Origin: Nemertoderma westbladi | Lineage: Eukaryota > Animalia > Xenacoelomorpha | DNA length: 64,000 bases | Direction: 5' to 3' | NCBI GenBank assembly: GCA_032718475.1 | Contig: JAUCBJ010009141.1 | Location: 62,001-126,000 of the forward strand | Made by a program: the position numbers and the translations under genes | The notes under the pieces: generated by a model | The model's input: the letters and a program-made list of their open reading frames with translations, nothing else | Database searches by the model: none | What the model was told of the DNA's origin: nothing | Shown: positions 14,367-26,718 of the stretch, in pieces | Numbering within the stretch: position 1 is the first letter of the stretch | Layout: each line of letters begins with the position of its first letter

Positions 14367-17300
14367 TTGGCAGTTTTGCGTGCATCGGAAGCACAGAAGG
14401 AAGCCGAGCGGGAACGCGAGCGCACGCGGAAGTTGGACGCGGAGTTGCGAGAGTTGGAAAAAATAAGTAAGCGCGAACGGGCGGAACGCGAGCAAAAGGA
14501 ACTCGAGCTTCAAGCCGAACGCGAGCGCAAGGAACTCGAGCGGGAACAGAAGGAACGCGAGCTTCAACTCGAACGCGAGCGCAAGGAACGCGAACTCGAG
14601 ATCGAGAAAAGAAGACGCGCGTTGTATGAAGAGAAGGCGCGAGTGGAAGAAGAGAGCGCAGCACGACGAGCGAGGGAAGAAGAAGAACGTAAACTGGCGC
14701 AGGTGGAAAGTGCGAGATTAAATTTAGAGAGCGAAGAACGGACCAGGAAGGCGAATGAAATCGCCGAGAAGGGGATACGAATGATCGAAGAATGTGGGGC
14801 GAGTGTAGGGACTGAGTTGCGAGAACTGTTCGCACTGCAGAAGGCCGAACAGGAAGCGAGAACTCCGACTATACGCGAGTCGACGACGACCAGAATTCCT
14901 ATACCCGGTCCAGCTATTACGAGTACACGGATCGCTAAACCATTCTCTACATATCGCACGCCAGTTGGTATTAGTGCTTCACCTATCGCCCAGGATCCAC
15001 GTCATCAGAACACCGCACCACTATACACCGAACGCGACAACGAAGAATTTAGAGAAGAAACTCCGACGGGCCGAGTATTGGGTGAACCGAACCCGCGGGT
15101 TTGGAATACGCGAACGGAGCGCCTACCCAGTTCGACGGAGAACTTCCGGGTTAAACCGGAAGAGGGATCATATGAGAGACAGCGGATTACTCAGCGGATT
15201 ACTACCGACTATGCAACAGAACCCTAGCCAGGAATTTATTACGAGGGATGAGTTAAGTGCTAGTTTAGCGCAGCTATATCGCCGCACATCCAACCTATAA
15301 CGGACATGCTTAGCAACCTACGGTTAAAGGAAGCAGCCCAGGTAAGAAGTAATTCTAATCCTAGCAGGCCTGAGTTAGACAAAGTCCAACCTAGTCAACG
15401 AGTATGCATATCGGAGGAGACTATACCACATAGACCTCAGGTAAGGACGCCTGTCCCGAATATTCATAATCCCAATTTCGAAAATTCAGCCGAGAAATTT
15501 ATACAGGAGGCTTGGGTCAGGGCCTCGGCGCGCAAACCATCGCGAGTGCTAAGGACTGACACCGAATCAAGCGATGAAGAGGAAGACATGAGACGTCAGA
15601 AGTCCCGAAACTATAAGGAAAGAAGGACGGACGCGGATCAGGTAAGTTTGAACCACCGGGAAAGGACCAGACTTAACAACCCTGCGGAACTAAACCATTT
15701 GTTATCCCGGAACGACGCAACCCTTAGGGACATAGGTAAGTTTGCTGCTAGGCAAGGACTGCCGACGCAACAACCCCAGAAGTTTATGGGCAACCATAAG
15801 CACTGGAGGACCTTTAAAACCTATGTCGACGAACAGCTAACCAACAGCACCTTTACTCCCAACGAGAAGTTCAACTATTTGCTTCAGATGCTCCATCGAG
15901 AATCTAGAGCCATTGCTGACATCTTCGTCGGCAATGAAAGGGCATTTGAGTTGGCAATGAAGACGCTTAGTGACATCTACGGGAATAAAACCAAGATGGC
16001 GCAGTCGATAGTAGAAGACTTGGGTAAGGGCGGAAGGATTACAACTCCGTTAGAGCTGTTGAACTTAGCGAACGCTATTTCGAACGCATTGGACATCTTG
16101 AGGACGGTGAATCTACCTCATCATGGTGACCACGCCGAAGTTTTAAAGAGCGTAATAAGACATCTAAACATGCGTTACAGACAGAAATGGCGCAAATTAG
16201 AGAATAAGTTGGAAGGTCAAGGTAAGGTGTTAACACTTCAACACATGATAGCCATGATAGCCACAGACGCAGTAGCAGAGATGAAATCAAACTTCTCAGA
16301 AGAGAATATGAGAGAGTCTAAACCTGTTACCGGTAAGTCTATGGTAAGTTTTGACGATGACAGGACCACTGTGACATTTAACTCAGTAGACAGATATAAT
16401 TCGAGTACCCCAGCCTTTAGATCAGACTCGCGAGTATGGTCAGGTGAGCGGTTAGATAGACCTAGGTTAAAGCAACAGGAGTTGCCGGATGGATTTGTAG
16501 GTTGCCAATACTGTTTACTGAAGGAGGTAAGATCTGACGACCATAAGTTAGATAGTTGCAGACGGTTCAAAGAATTAAATTCGGAACAGAGAAGAGTTCA
16601 AGTGCGGACGTTGGACACCTGTTGGGCATGTCTTGCGCCAGGTCATGTACGGCGGCAGTGCCCGAACAGCAAGGACGGATGCATGGAGTGCGGCAGACTA
16701 CATCACAAGTTGCTACATGCGGATTTCCATACCCCAACGGACCGTTACTTACAGCGAAATCCTCACAGGAAGGGGAGCAAAGAACCCATATCGATAAGAA
16801 GGAATACGTATACCGGCATTCAGGACGATGGTTACCAACCAGGTTCGTCGGACGAGGATGGCGAGTCGTGCGCGAGAGAAGTGACCTGCCAAGGTTTCAC
16901 CGCGGATAGTTCATCGACCAGCGCGCGGACGTATTTATCATCGGCCACGTCGGAAATATTTAGCGTGATTCCGGTGAAACTTACTGGCGATAAGGGATCG
17001 AAGCGAATATATGTGATGTTGGACACTGCGTCCACATTATCGTATATCGACGAGGAAGTGGCGAGAGCCGTTTCTAGCTTCCAGGACGCCGAGGATATCC
17101 AAATAGAGTTGAAGTCTATGCACGGGGTAGGAGACCTCAAGGGACACAGGATATCTGTAGAACTAGACTCCCTACTTCCGAGAGACCAACATACTCGACA
17201 AGAACGGAAAGCTTTGCCATTGGACGGATTTAAGTGTCTAGCTATGAAGGGATTCGGCAGGCAGTTAGGTAAGGTGCCGCCGATGAGTCCCATAGCACAG

Positions 17301-17504
17301 GAGTATTTTGACAAGCTCAGGATACCCAGACACCAGGTAGGTTATAGGAATGTTTCTATGTTAATTGGTGCAGAACAGCTGATCACACACCAAATATGGG
17401 AAACGAGACCAGCTGAGCCGCATGTCAATGGACCGCATGCCCATAGGACTATATTAGGTTGGTATACACGAGTACCCATGTCTTATGAGTTTACAAGCCA
17501 ATAG
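14367..17504 (+). pseudogene. gag: BEL/Pao Gag and aspartic protease (frameshifted; N-terminus missing)
   Basis: E/R/K coiled coil; DUF1759-like KFMGNHKHWRTF...EKFNYLLQML; the triple Cys/His cluster typical of BEL (CQYC..H..C, CWAC....H....C, CMEC...HH.LLH); protease MLDTASTLSYI. Two compensating frameshifts around 15200-15300. Confidence 0.9.
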
Positions 17505-17623
17505 ACAGATACGACGAATTACAGCCTATAACTCAACCACCGTTAGTAGAACCACCAGACATAGACGAGTTTAGGAGAACCTGTATTGACCACTATAGTG
17601 ACTTTAGCGAGTCGGACGAGGAG

Positions 17624-19420
17624 TTGATTCCCGATAATGTTAGGTTGTCGGAACCACTTCACAATGACCGGACACATAGTGAACCCGAGGACTACTGTTA
17701 TCAGACCCGTGGGTCTGGTTCAGCGGCCCACGCTACCTATTTGAGTAACGTTTTGACTTATACCGACATAGTGGAGGGTCAGGTGGCTAAATATCGAGAC
17801 CTAGACATTTTCCAGTACAGCGAGGAGGAGCTACAGAAGGAATTGATATGCCAGGACCTCGAGACAGGAGCCAGAACCGTCGAATGGCTGGATAGGGATG
17901 CAATGGAACCCGGTGGATATGACCTAGCCATGTCTACTGATGAGAAACGGTCACTGGAGATGATGGAAGATACCATACTTCTGCTACCGACAGGACATTT
18001 TGAAGTTGGAATGTTGTGGCGTCGACAACCACCTAAGTTGGAGAACAACTACAGCTTAGCCTTGAAAAGATTGAATGGAGTAAGGGCTCGGTTGTTGAAG
18101 AATCCAGACATTAGGGAGAAGTATTGCGCCCAGATCAACAACTATTTCGCAAAGGGATTTGCTGGGAAGGTAGAGGACCCTGACTTAGTGACAGACCAGA
18201 CTTATTACCTTCCACACCACTATGTGACTCACCCTGACAAACCTGACAAGGTCCGAGTAGTCAACGACAGCGCAGCAGTCTATAGAGGTATGTCCCTGAA
18301 TTCAGAATTGATGGATGGTCCCAACCTAAATAATTATTTGATTGGAATACTGTTGCGTTTTAGACAGCGGCGATTCGCATTTACTTGTGACATCGAGGCG
18401 ATGTTCCACCAGGTAAGAGCTTGTAAGGCAGACCAGGATAACCTTCGCTTTCTCTGGTATGAGAATGAAGACTTATCCGGCCCAGTGGTTACATACCAAA
18501 TGTACATTAGGATATTTGGCACCCGCGATAGTCCAAATGGCATGCTGTTCGTTTTAAAGAAAACGGCAACAGCCCAGATTGGTAAGTATCCAGTAGAGGT
18601 GATCGAGTCCATCTTGAGAAACTTCTACATGGACGACGGATTGGTGTCCAAGGACATGGCAGAACAAGCCATAGAAGTGGCTCACGGCCTGCAACAGTGC
18701 TTGGCTACAGGGGGATTTCCTCTGACCAAGTTCACTACAAACTCGGAGGCCCTATTAGAGTCGTTCCCAGTGAAAGATCGCGGGAGCGGAGACATTGAAT
18801 TGGGGGTAGAACCAATCCCCATGGCGCGGGTACTGGGACTCGCTTGGAATCCGAATACGGATAAGTTCCAGGTAAGAGTTAGATTTGAGCCCAGTAGCCC
18901 AGACAAAGTTTTGACTAAGAGAATTTGCTTATCGACATTGAGTAGACTATTTGACCCGATAAACTTTATCAGTCCGGTTATATTACAGGCACGAGCGTGC
19001 ATGAGGAAAATTTGGTTGTCCGACCTAGAGTGGGACGAACCAATATCTCCTATACATGCAAAGCAGTGGAGAGAGTGGGAAGCCGAGTTACATCTATTGA
19101 AAAACATAGATGTACCCCGCTCCTACTTTCCGAATCAGCTGGTATTCCCAGCTGATTTAGAGCTGCATATGTTTAGTGACACAAGTGACACCGGCTTTGG
19201 TATGGTAGCCTACCTTCGCCGAGAGGTAAGTCAGGACAAATTTGAGACGGCCTTTGTGACTTCTAGATCAAAGACAATGCCGGTCAAATACATGACTGTC
19301 CCTCGTGCAGAGTTACAGGCGGCTGTAGTTTCAGTCGAGGTAAGTAAGCAGATAACAGAGGAATTAGACACGACACTGACCTTATTCTATTGGACGGACG
19401 CATCCTTGGTGTTAGTATAA
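17624..19420 (+). pseudogene. pol: BEL/Pao reverse transcriptase and RNase H
   Basis: YYLPHH, KVRVVND, GPNLNN.L..ILLRFR, DIEAMFHQV, FYMDD, VLGLAW, FDP, HMFSDTS, VPRAELQAAV, FYWTDA. Out of frame with both neighbouring ORFs. Confidence 0.95.
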
Positions 19421-19454
19421 CATTGCGGCCGACAATATTGCACTAAAGACATTT

Positions 19455-21602
19455 GTGGCCAATAGACGCGCTCAGATCGTCGACTTTTCGACGAAGGAAC
19501 AATGGAGACATTGTCCGGGAGTGTTAAACCCGGCCGACATAACTTCGAGAGGTGCAATGCTGGCGGAATTCTGTCAGGAAGAGTCGCAGGAGTTTTGGTT
19601 GCATGGACCTGATTTTCTAACGAGGACACAGGAACATTGGCCAGAGCGACTAAAGATAGTGACCAATCCGATGCCTGAAGATGCAGAAGTCAAAGTGGAG
19701 AAAGTCTCTAAGTCAAAGTCTAAAGCCAAACTTAAGTCATTGGAGCGGCCTGAAGAGTCATTGGAGCGGCCTGAAGAGTCATTGGAGCGGCCCGGAGACC
19801 TGTCAGACCAACAGACTTACGTGACTACTAGGTCCGGAAGGGTAAGTTATGACATAAAACCACCCTTACAGACTAAACCGGAGTCACAATTGGTAAGTGA
19901 CGGACAGAAAATGACCGACAAAATGGAGCCTTTGGTTTCCAAACCTGCGGGTTTGGATTCGAAACTTCCATTAACTAGCGGACAACCGTCGCTGGCATTA
20001 GAGCCATGTAGTATTTATGACAAATTACTAAATTCGTCTGCCTCTTGGCTGACAATTTGTAAAAGAACTGCGTGGTTAAGCCGATACATTTCGTACCTTT
20101 GTATAAAACATTCGAAACATTTAGGAGAACAAACGAGCACTAATAGTGAGCGAATTCAGAAATTGAAACAACCTCTGACAGAGGATGAGATTGATCAAGC
20201 GGAATTAAAGCATTTGAAGCATTATCAAATGTGTGCCTTCCCTAAAGAATTCCATTCATTATCGGCTCAACGACCAGTTCTCTATAAACCCCTTAGAAAA
20301 TGGAGTCCATTAATCCATAAGGGTTTAATTTGTCATAGATCGAGAATCCAGACTGTCGACATAAACTCACAGTTTAGGTTCCCAGTGATAATCCCTAGTC
20401 ACCCAATAGAATTGCAAAGAGCGATTCTATGGGATATACACAAGAGGTTGCATCACGCGGGAAAGTTACACTGTTTGTCGGCGGCGAGACAGCGATTCAT
20501 TCTATTGCAGCCAAGCAGGGCAGTAGGCACTATGTATGACGCCTGTCTGGTTTGCAAGAGAGTGAACGCCAGAGTATTGGAACAGGAGATGGCTGAACTC
20601 CCGGAAGCGAGAGTGCAGGCATATGACCCACCCTTTACGAACACAGGGGTGGATTGTTTTGGTCCGATTGAGGCAAAGAGTGGACGGCTGACCCACAAGC
20701 GATGGGGTCTGCTACTGACATGTATGGCTAGTAGAGCCATACACATCGAGCGTGTGGCAGACATGTCGACCAAATCTCTGCTCCTGGCCTTAAAGAGATT
20801 TATGGCCAGGAGAGGACTAGTAAAGGCGTTCTACTCTGACAAGGGTACAAACTTTGTCGGAGGGAATAGCGAGTTGAACGCGGCTCATAAAGCGGCACAG
20901 AATAAGGAAATTTCTGCAGCACTTTTGCCGCAAAGAGTAGAGTGGAGATTTAATACTCCAGAAAGTCCTTGGAGAGGAGGAAGTTGGGAGCGTTTAGTTC
21001 GCTCTGTAAAGCAGGCCATTGCCAAAACATTGCCTGTGAACAAACAACTTACTGACGACGAACTGGTCACAGCTTTCATCGAAATCGAGCATACATTAAA
21101 CTCGAGGCCGATAGCTATGTTGCCAGACGGTGTTGCATTAACGCCGAATCATTTGCTAATGCAGAGTCCAGCATTTCTTGTGCCGGCATCAGAACCCATT
21201 AGTGCCGACCTATATAGTCGTAAGAGCTGGAAAATGACACAGTTTGTGGCGTACACATTCTGGGAATATTGGCGGGAATACTATCTTCCCACCATATCCA
21301 CCAGAACAAAGTGGTACAAAACGGTTCGGAGTCTCCAAAGGGGAGATTACGTATTGATAACCGAGCCGATTGTCAAGAGAAAGTATTGGGAGACAGGAGT
21401 GATCTTGCACACACACCCAGACGTGCAAAACATAGTGCGCACAGTCACTGTGAAAATTAGGTGCAAGTGTCCGCACCCAAAAAAGTGTAAAACTAATGGT
21501 TTACACACCTTGGACCAACCGGTCCAAGATATCGTGTTATTAGAGGAGACACGTATCGAGACGGGAGATTATAATTTGTCTCCTGCCTCAAAACAGAATT
21601 AG
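19455..21602 (+). pseudogene. pol: BEL/Pao RNase H C-terminus and integrase (HHCC, DDE, DUF5641-like tail)
   Basis: WRHCPGVLNPADITSRG, FWLHGPDFL, H...HH and CLVC, GVDCFGP, SDKGTNF, GGSWERLVRSVK, LNSRP, LTPNHLL, FWEYWREYYL. Confidence 0.95.
19735..19792 (+). repeat. 21-bp in-frame tandem repeat (~2.8 copies) encoding SLERPEE
   Basis: AGTCATTGGAGCGGCCTGAAG repeated in the RH-IN linker. Confidence 0.9.
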
Positions 21603-22269
21603 TGTTAGACACAACTCACTTCGTATGCATTCCTCATATGCAAATACAAGGAAATGCATAGGAGCGGGGTTGTGGTGATTTGCGTTGAGTTTTGTCTGGT
21701 GGGTATCAAAACAAAATTTTATTTCAAAAATATTTTGGAAAATTAAAAAATTTTAAAATTAGAAAAGTGAACCCATGACAATTCCAGACGCTGTGTATAG
21801 ACGCGTTTTAGAATTCGTCTATAGATAAACAGTAATTTGAAAAGTCGTGAAGCCTGGAAAATAGCATTTAGAAACCATGGTGACGGCTATATTACGTAGG
21901 AGTGTAAATTGAGTTTAGCAACTTCCACAGATTGGTGCCAACAGTGCAACTAAGGTGCTAAAGGTTAGTAGCACCAGAGGCGTACATGGACCCCACTCAG
22001 TAGTTTGCAGTGATGTGTGATATTCGATTATCAAACCTGTGGGTTTGGTATAGTCGAGTATTGTGGCTATAGTCCTTTCTAACTACTGTAGTTTAGTACG
22101 AGTAATGGGAGTAGTTTGGGCATCAAAAAGTGAGTTGGTCACGGCCAGTTTATCTCCAAAGTTTTTGCGCTATGCATGGGAATAGGTTAGAGGATAGTTA
22201 GGAAGAGACGGGATCTAGAGAGTCGAACCTGAACTGCTGGAAGGCAGCGGGGGGGGGGGGGGGGGGGTT

Positions 22270-23340
22270 CGGGAAGTCTGTCCTTCGACGGCATCTAACT
22301 GATTTACCCACCGTGTAATTGGATGAACGATGAACCGCTACCTGCCGTCCGAGATCAATTCGACGGGATGCATCTTTACCGGAAGACTCGAGGCGAGGAC
22401 GAGGCGGCGCCAGGGGGTTTCAACGTATACAAGTTGTTCTATGGATGCGGCGGATGCATGAGTGGACAAGACGTGGCGATTCCCGACCGACTAGACGAGC
22501 AACATCCAGAACCGATATTAACGCGATGTCAAGCTCACCAGTTCCTTAGATATAACGAGGGAGGTTACCCGATGAGCAACCCGATGATCAGTATCGACTT
22601 CAGCGGAAAGCGACCTCCGAGACCCATTACGCCGACCGTTACGACATTAGATCCGTATACGGAGATTAAACCCTGTTCGACACGGCATAGACACGGCGGC
22701 GGCCATTTCGCTATACCGAGCCTATAAGGACCTAGAGGCGCGGTGCGAAGCGGTACGGGACTCGAGTTCCTGGACCACGTTCACTTCGCTTCATCAGGAG
22801 AGGAAGCTCACGCCTGAGTATCCAGACGAGATTCGCGTCGTCCATCCGTCTACTAACTATACCCACGATCCGCGGTTTATACGATATTTACTCCAAATTA
22901 TTTCGGGAAGTTTCGACGAACGCATTATTAAGCTCGAATATGTCCAATCCTTTATATATCATCGTCGCTCTGATATATACGTCTAGATTTATTACCCAGC
23001 GCACAATTGGCGGCATAAGGAGACTCGTATAGGGGTCATTGACCTCTGAACGAGTGGAGGATCAGGACCGCCGCGCCCACAGCGACAACAGCTGGAGCTC
23101 ACAGCTCGTGGCAAGTACCAGAAGGAGGAGTCCTTGGCAAGCGTCAAGCCAAGGACGAGCAGTCCCATTCTACGGTTGAAGAAAAAGGAGTTGGCGGAGG
23201 CGCCCACAGGGACACGGCAAATGGGACGAGGCCGAGGGAGGAGCACCAGTCGGGAGATAGTCGGTGCCCAGGGAACGTCGTCGCCGGTTCCGGGAAGTGA
23301 CGCCTCAAGGACGCCGTCAACAGAGTCTACAGGGGTAGAC
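22270..23340 (+). pseudogene. Decayed extra ORF of unknown function downstream of pol
   Basis: GC-rich coding-like stretch. ORF 22323..22727 (CGGC, RCQAH) extends upstream past one stop, and further open segments follow in other frames. No recognisable domain. Confidence 0.4.
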
Positions 23341-24880
23341 TAAAGTGTTTCATTTTAAAAAAAGTTTGAATTTCGCATGTGCTCATGGCTAATCTTGGTC
23401 ATTGACCCACACTGACTTAAAAATTATATTGAAGCAACTTCTGAAAGTGAATTTTTCAGATGGAGCATAACCCATAGTGTTTTTCAATTTGACCGCGATA
23501 CGGAATAATGTTCCGATACGATATAAAGAATGTGATAGAAGATTTACATGAGTCTCTAACATCTAATGATGCATAATTGTAAACCTTTTGATTCAAAAAT
23601 GAGCTTTCTGATAACATGAGTACAAATATGTAATTTGTAATACGTTTAAATACGTTTACTATTTAAACAAGTGACTGACAGTCTTACAGTTTGTAAAGAT
23701 ATCAATTTGTATTATTTAGTTGATTAAGCAAATGAAGACTTAGTAAAGGTTGTGTTTAGTCTTTTATTCTCATCAGCAACAACCAACAATGCCTGTAACA
23801 TTTCCTCATCTGTAGTTATGCCACTTTTAATAAACTTTGATACAGCTCCAACACCTCGTTCAGCTGGATCATTAACTACAGTCACCTTGTCTATAATCAT
23901 TTTAGCATGTTTATATTCTGAGCTAGATGGCCAGTCAGGTTTAGTGAAAAATGATTCCTCTTCGAAACAAACTCAGGCAGCTTTTTGTCTACTGCTGACC
24001 CTGCGATACCTGCACTGACTCTCACAGATCTCACTGATGGTTGAGCATCATCTATATCAAGAGCATCCAACATTGCCTTCTTCTCTTCAATAGTTACTTT
24101 ATCTGAGAATAGGGAAAGGCACACTAGTTCACTACTCAAATACCATAAGTGACGATTTAAGGCTTTCATGGCAGTTGTGGCAACTGTTGTATTTACCTTC
24201 TCATATTCCTTCAAATCTCTTAGCATTAACAGATCGTTAATTGGAGCATCAGCAGCTGACATACACTGGAGCCAGTACTTTGCATACACGAATACAACAA
24301 ACATCACGAAATTTCTTTCGAAAAGAGTCTTCCTCCTTCGCTGTGATTAGCTTGCTCTCTCTTAGCTGGTTTCGAAATAAGTACATTAGCATGCTGTAAT
24401 TGGCCTTTGCCATCCAGCGGGCATCACTCACAGCACCTGGTCTTGTAAATTGTACCTGATTGCTGCTCCTTGGAACCTCAGCACCTAGTACAGTCAAAGC
24501 TAATTCCAGAAGTACTTTGTAATCATTTCTTGGTTGTTTCACAAGAAGCATTGGTTCTAACAAAGTCACTGCTTCCGAAATAAGTGTTTTATCCACAGTT
24601 ACATTATCATCATGAGTTAGGGTTGAGTAGTCATTCAGAATCAAGTGGTCCCAGTTTGATTGGAATCGTTTAAACAACAGTATTTCAGGCCCTGAGCTCG
24701 CTGGAAATTTACAGGCATTCTGGAAAACATCTCCAAGAACAACTTCCATGATATGATGACGACATGACAGGTTAAGAAGTTCTCTATTTAGCTTTTGTTC
24801 TAGGATAACACATGCTCCTCTACCTGCTCCTGTGTTAGAAGATGTTGTATCGAAACACATCCCTTCAACCTTATGTGTAT
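23341..24880 (-). mobile_element. hAT-superfamily (hATm-like) DNA transposon, 3' half only
   Basis: Abrupt GC-to-AT switch at 23341 starting TAAAGTG, which resembles hATm TAG(G/A)GTG termini. Minus-strand transposase fragment cut off at ~24880. Confidence 0.75.
23724..24880 (-). pseudogene. hAT-type DDE transposase, C-terminal two-thirds, frameshifted
   Basis: CFDTTSSNTG..GAC..LE (second catalytic D), CRHH (CxxH), ARWMAKA.Y (RW motif), HLWYLS.ELV.LSLF, and VVNDPAERGV (catalytic E, read at ~23880-23850). Stop at 23724. Confidence 0.85.
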
Positions 24881-25354
24881 CTGGAGAGGGGAGCGAGCCC
24901 GAGAGACCCAGGAGCTAGCCGATGAGACTATAATATCACGGAGCGACAAACTCTAGACATATACATCATCGTCGCTCTGATGTATATCGTAGGTTTTGAT
25001 CAATCATTCGACTGGACCCATATACACTAGTCGTATCCATATTTTAGAATTTTATTTTCGAAGGCCGAAAAATATTGAAAGGAAATAATTTTATTTTATA
25101 GTCCGTTGGAAATATGATTTTGAGCCTATATTATATTTGATTTTGTGTATATGACTTTATTTGCTCTAAAGTTTATTGAAAGAGGCAAAGGAAGTGATTG
25201 GGGAGACAAACCCGCGGGTTTGGCTTACTCCTTTCACTTACCTGAGCAATCATCAAACCAAGATGATTTGCGTTTTTTATAAGAAATTAAGTAAAGTCCG
25301 AAAATGAAAGAAATTATTACGTATTTTATATTTAGTTTGATTATCGGCCTTTAA

Positions 25355-25837
25355 CCCTATCCATACCGGGGTATTTTAGACGCTCAAACTACCGGGGGGG
25401 GGGGGGGACTTTTGGGGACGTAAAGTTTGGAAGCATATAACTTTGTGTGGTGTGATGATATTACTTTAAAGTAAAAAGTTTTAGATACAAAATTTATTCC
25501 TCTATCCAAATATGCCACACACTAATGCTCAAATATAATATTTATATACTATAATTATGTTTAAATTGATTTTAAATTGATATTAAATTGATTGAATTTT
25601 AAATTTCCCTCCTACAATAGTTCAGCAATAATATGACAGTTTCAGAGACAGGTCAGTTTACGAGTCATTTTCATGGTCATAAATAATAATATGAAAATAA
25701 ATTTTTGTTTTAAGATAAAGAATAATAAATTTTAGGAAAAGTAACGGAATTTCACTTGCAATAAATGTGGTTTGGTTTTGAACCAAGCAATCAAATAAAG
25801 TGCGTCTCCAAAAGTCCCCCCCCCGGTATGGATAGGG
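25355..25837. mobile_element. piggyBac-type MITE, 483 bp
   Basis: TTAA (25351-54) + CCCTATCCATACCGGGG ... CCCCGGTATGGATAGGG + TTAA (25838-41): perfect 17-bp TIR. An asymmetric subterminal repeat, ACCG(n)ACTTTTGGGGACG, is inverse to CGTCTCCAAAAGTC(n)GGT. Confidence 0.95.
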
Positions 25838-26001
25838 TTAATGCAATTTAGTTAAAAATTTAGCCTCAAATACGTTTATATTTAGTTTATCTTGTTAATG
25901 TTGATCGTTAATTTGAGATGGGAAATGGGGGACATTGTCCTAGCCATGTTCCATTTCAATAGGTAGACCGTCAATTTGTAAATAAATAAAGGAAGTAATA
26001 T

Positions 26002-26135
26002 TTTTGTAAATTTAATTTTGTATGTAGTAATCATTATGTAGAACGAACGAGAAACAGTATTTTGTAAATTTAATTTGTATGTAATAATCGTTAAACAGTG
26101 AGAGAGATAATATTTGTAAATTTAATTTGTATGCA
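26002..26135 (+). repeat. Three ~55-bp-spaced copies of TTTGTAAATTTAATTTGTATG
   Basis: Copies at ~26003, ~26061 and ~26113. Confidence 0.8.
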
Positions 26136-26335
26136 ATTCATTATGCAATATCTATGGCAATATTTTGTAAATAGTAGGATTTATAGAAATTTATTTTGTT
26201 TGTATACATCACCTTATACTCTTCTACAGTTGGAGGGAAACATTGTATGATTTCCCTTGGAGCGGTGTTACGGTATATGGCGCTGTACACATTATTAGCC
26301 ATTATACAGTATAATTGGTCCATTATGCAGTATAA

Positions 26336-26401
26336 TATATTAGTCCGTTATACTGTACGCAATATTAGTCAGTTATACTGTACGCAATATTAGTCCGTTA
26401 T
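26336..26401 (+). repeat. 25-bp tandem repeat (~2.6 copies), ATATTAGTCCGTTATACTGTACGCA
   Basis: Read directly from the sequence. Confidence 0.85.
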
Positions 26402-26718
26402 GCAATATAATTATTTAGATAAGGCATAATAGCGCAGTGACATTTAGATAAGGAAATTGAAACGCCCATATATTTTGAATTCCTCCATTTTGTATAGTAT
26501 GTAGCCCTACCTACGTAATTTTGTATTAGGATATAGGTAGATAGTTCCAGGGTAGCAAGTTCAGTTGGACCCTGGATATGTGCTTGCTGTTAATAGCTTC
26601 GATAGGGCTAGCATCTATGGACGCTATCCTGACCATTCCGCAGCCAGGGACATGATCCATTACCATATATGGTAATAATTTGAGGGTTTGGGAAGCAATA
26701 GGGCTACAATCCGGCTTT

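Noticed and set aside
15227-19455. Programmed frameshift or read-through between the BEL ORFs
   Set aside because: BEL/Pao usually has a single polyprotein. The breaks are multiple, one falls inside RNase H, and no clear slippery site is seen, so decay or sequencing error is more likely.
13944-21476. Short antisense or alternative-frame ORFs overlapping the LINE and BEL coding regions (e.g. 14359..14835, 16832..17314, 18682..19107)
   Set aside because: These are shadow ORFs of the real TE frames and of the repetitive coiled-coil codons, with no independent motifs.
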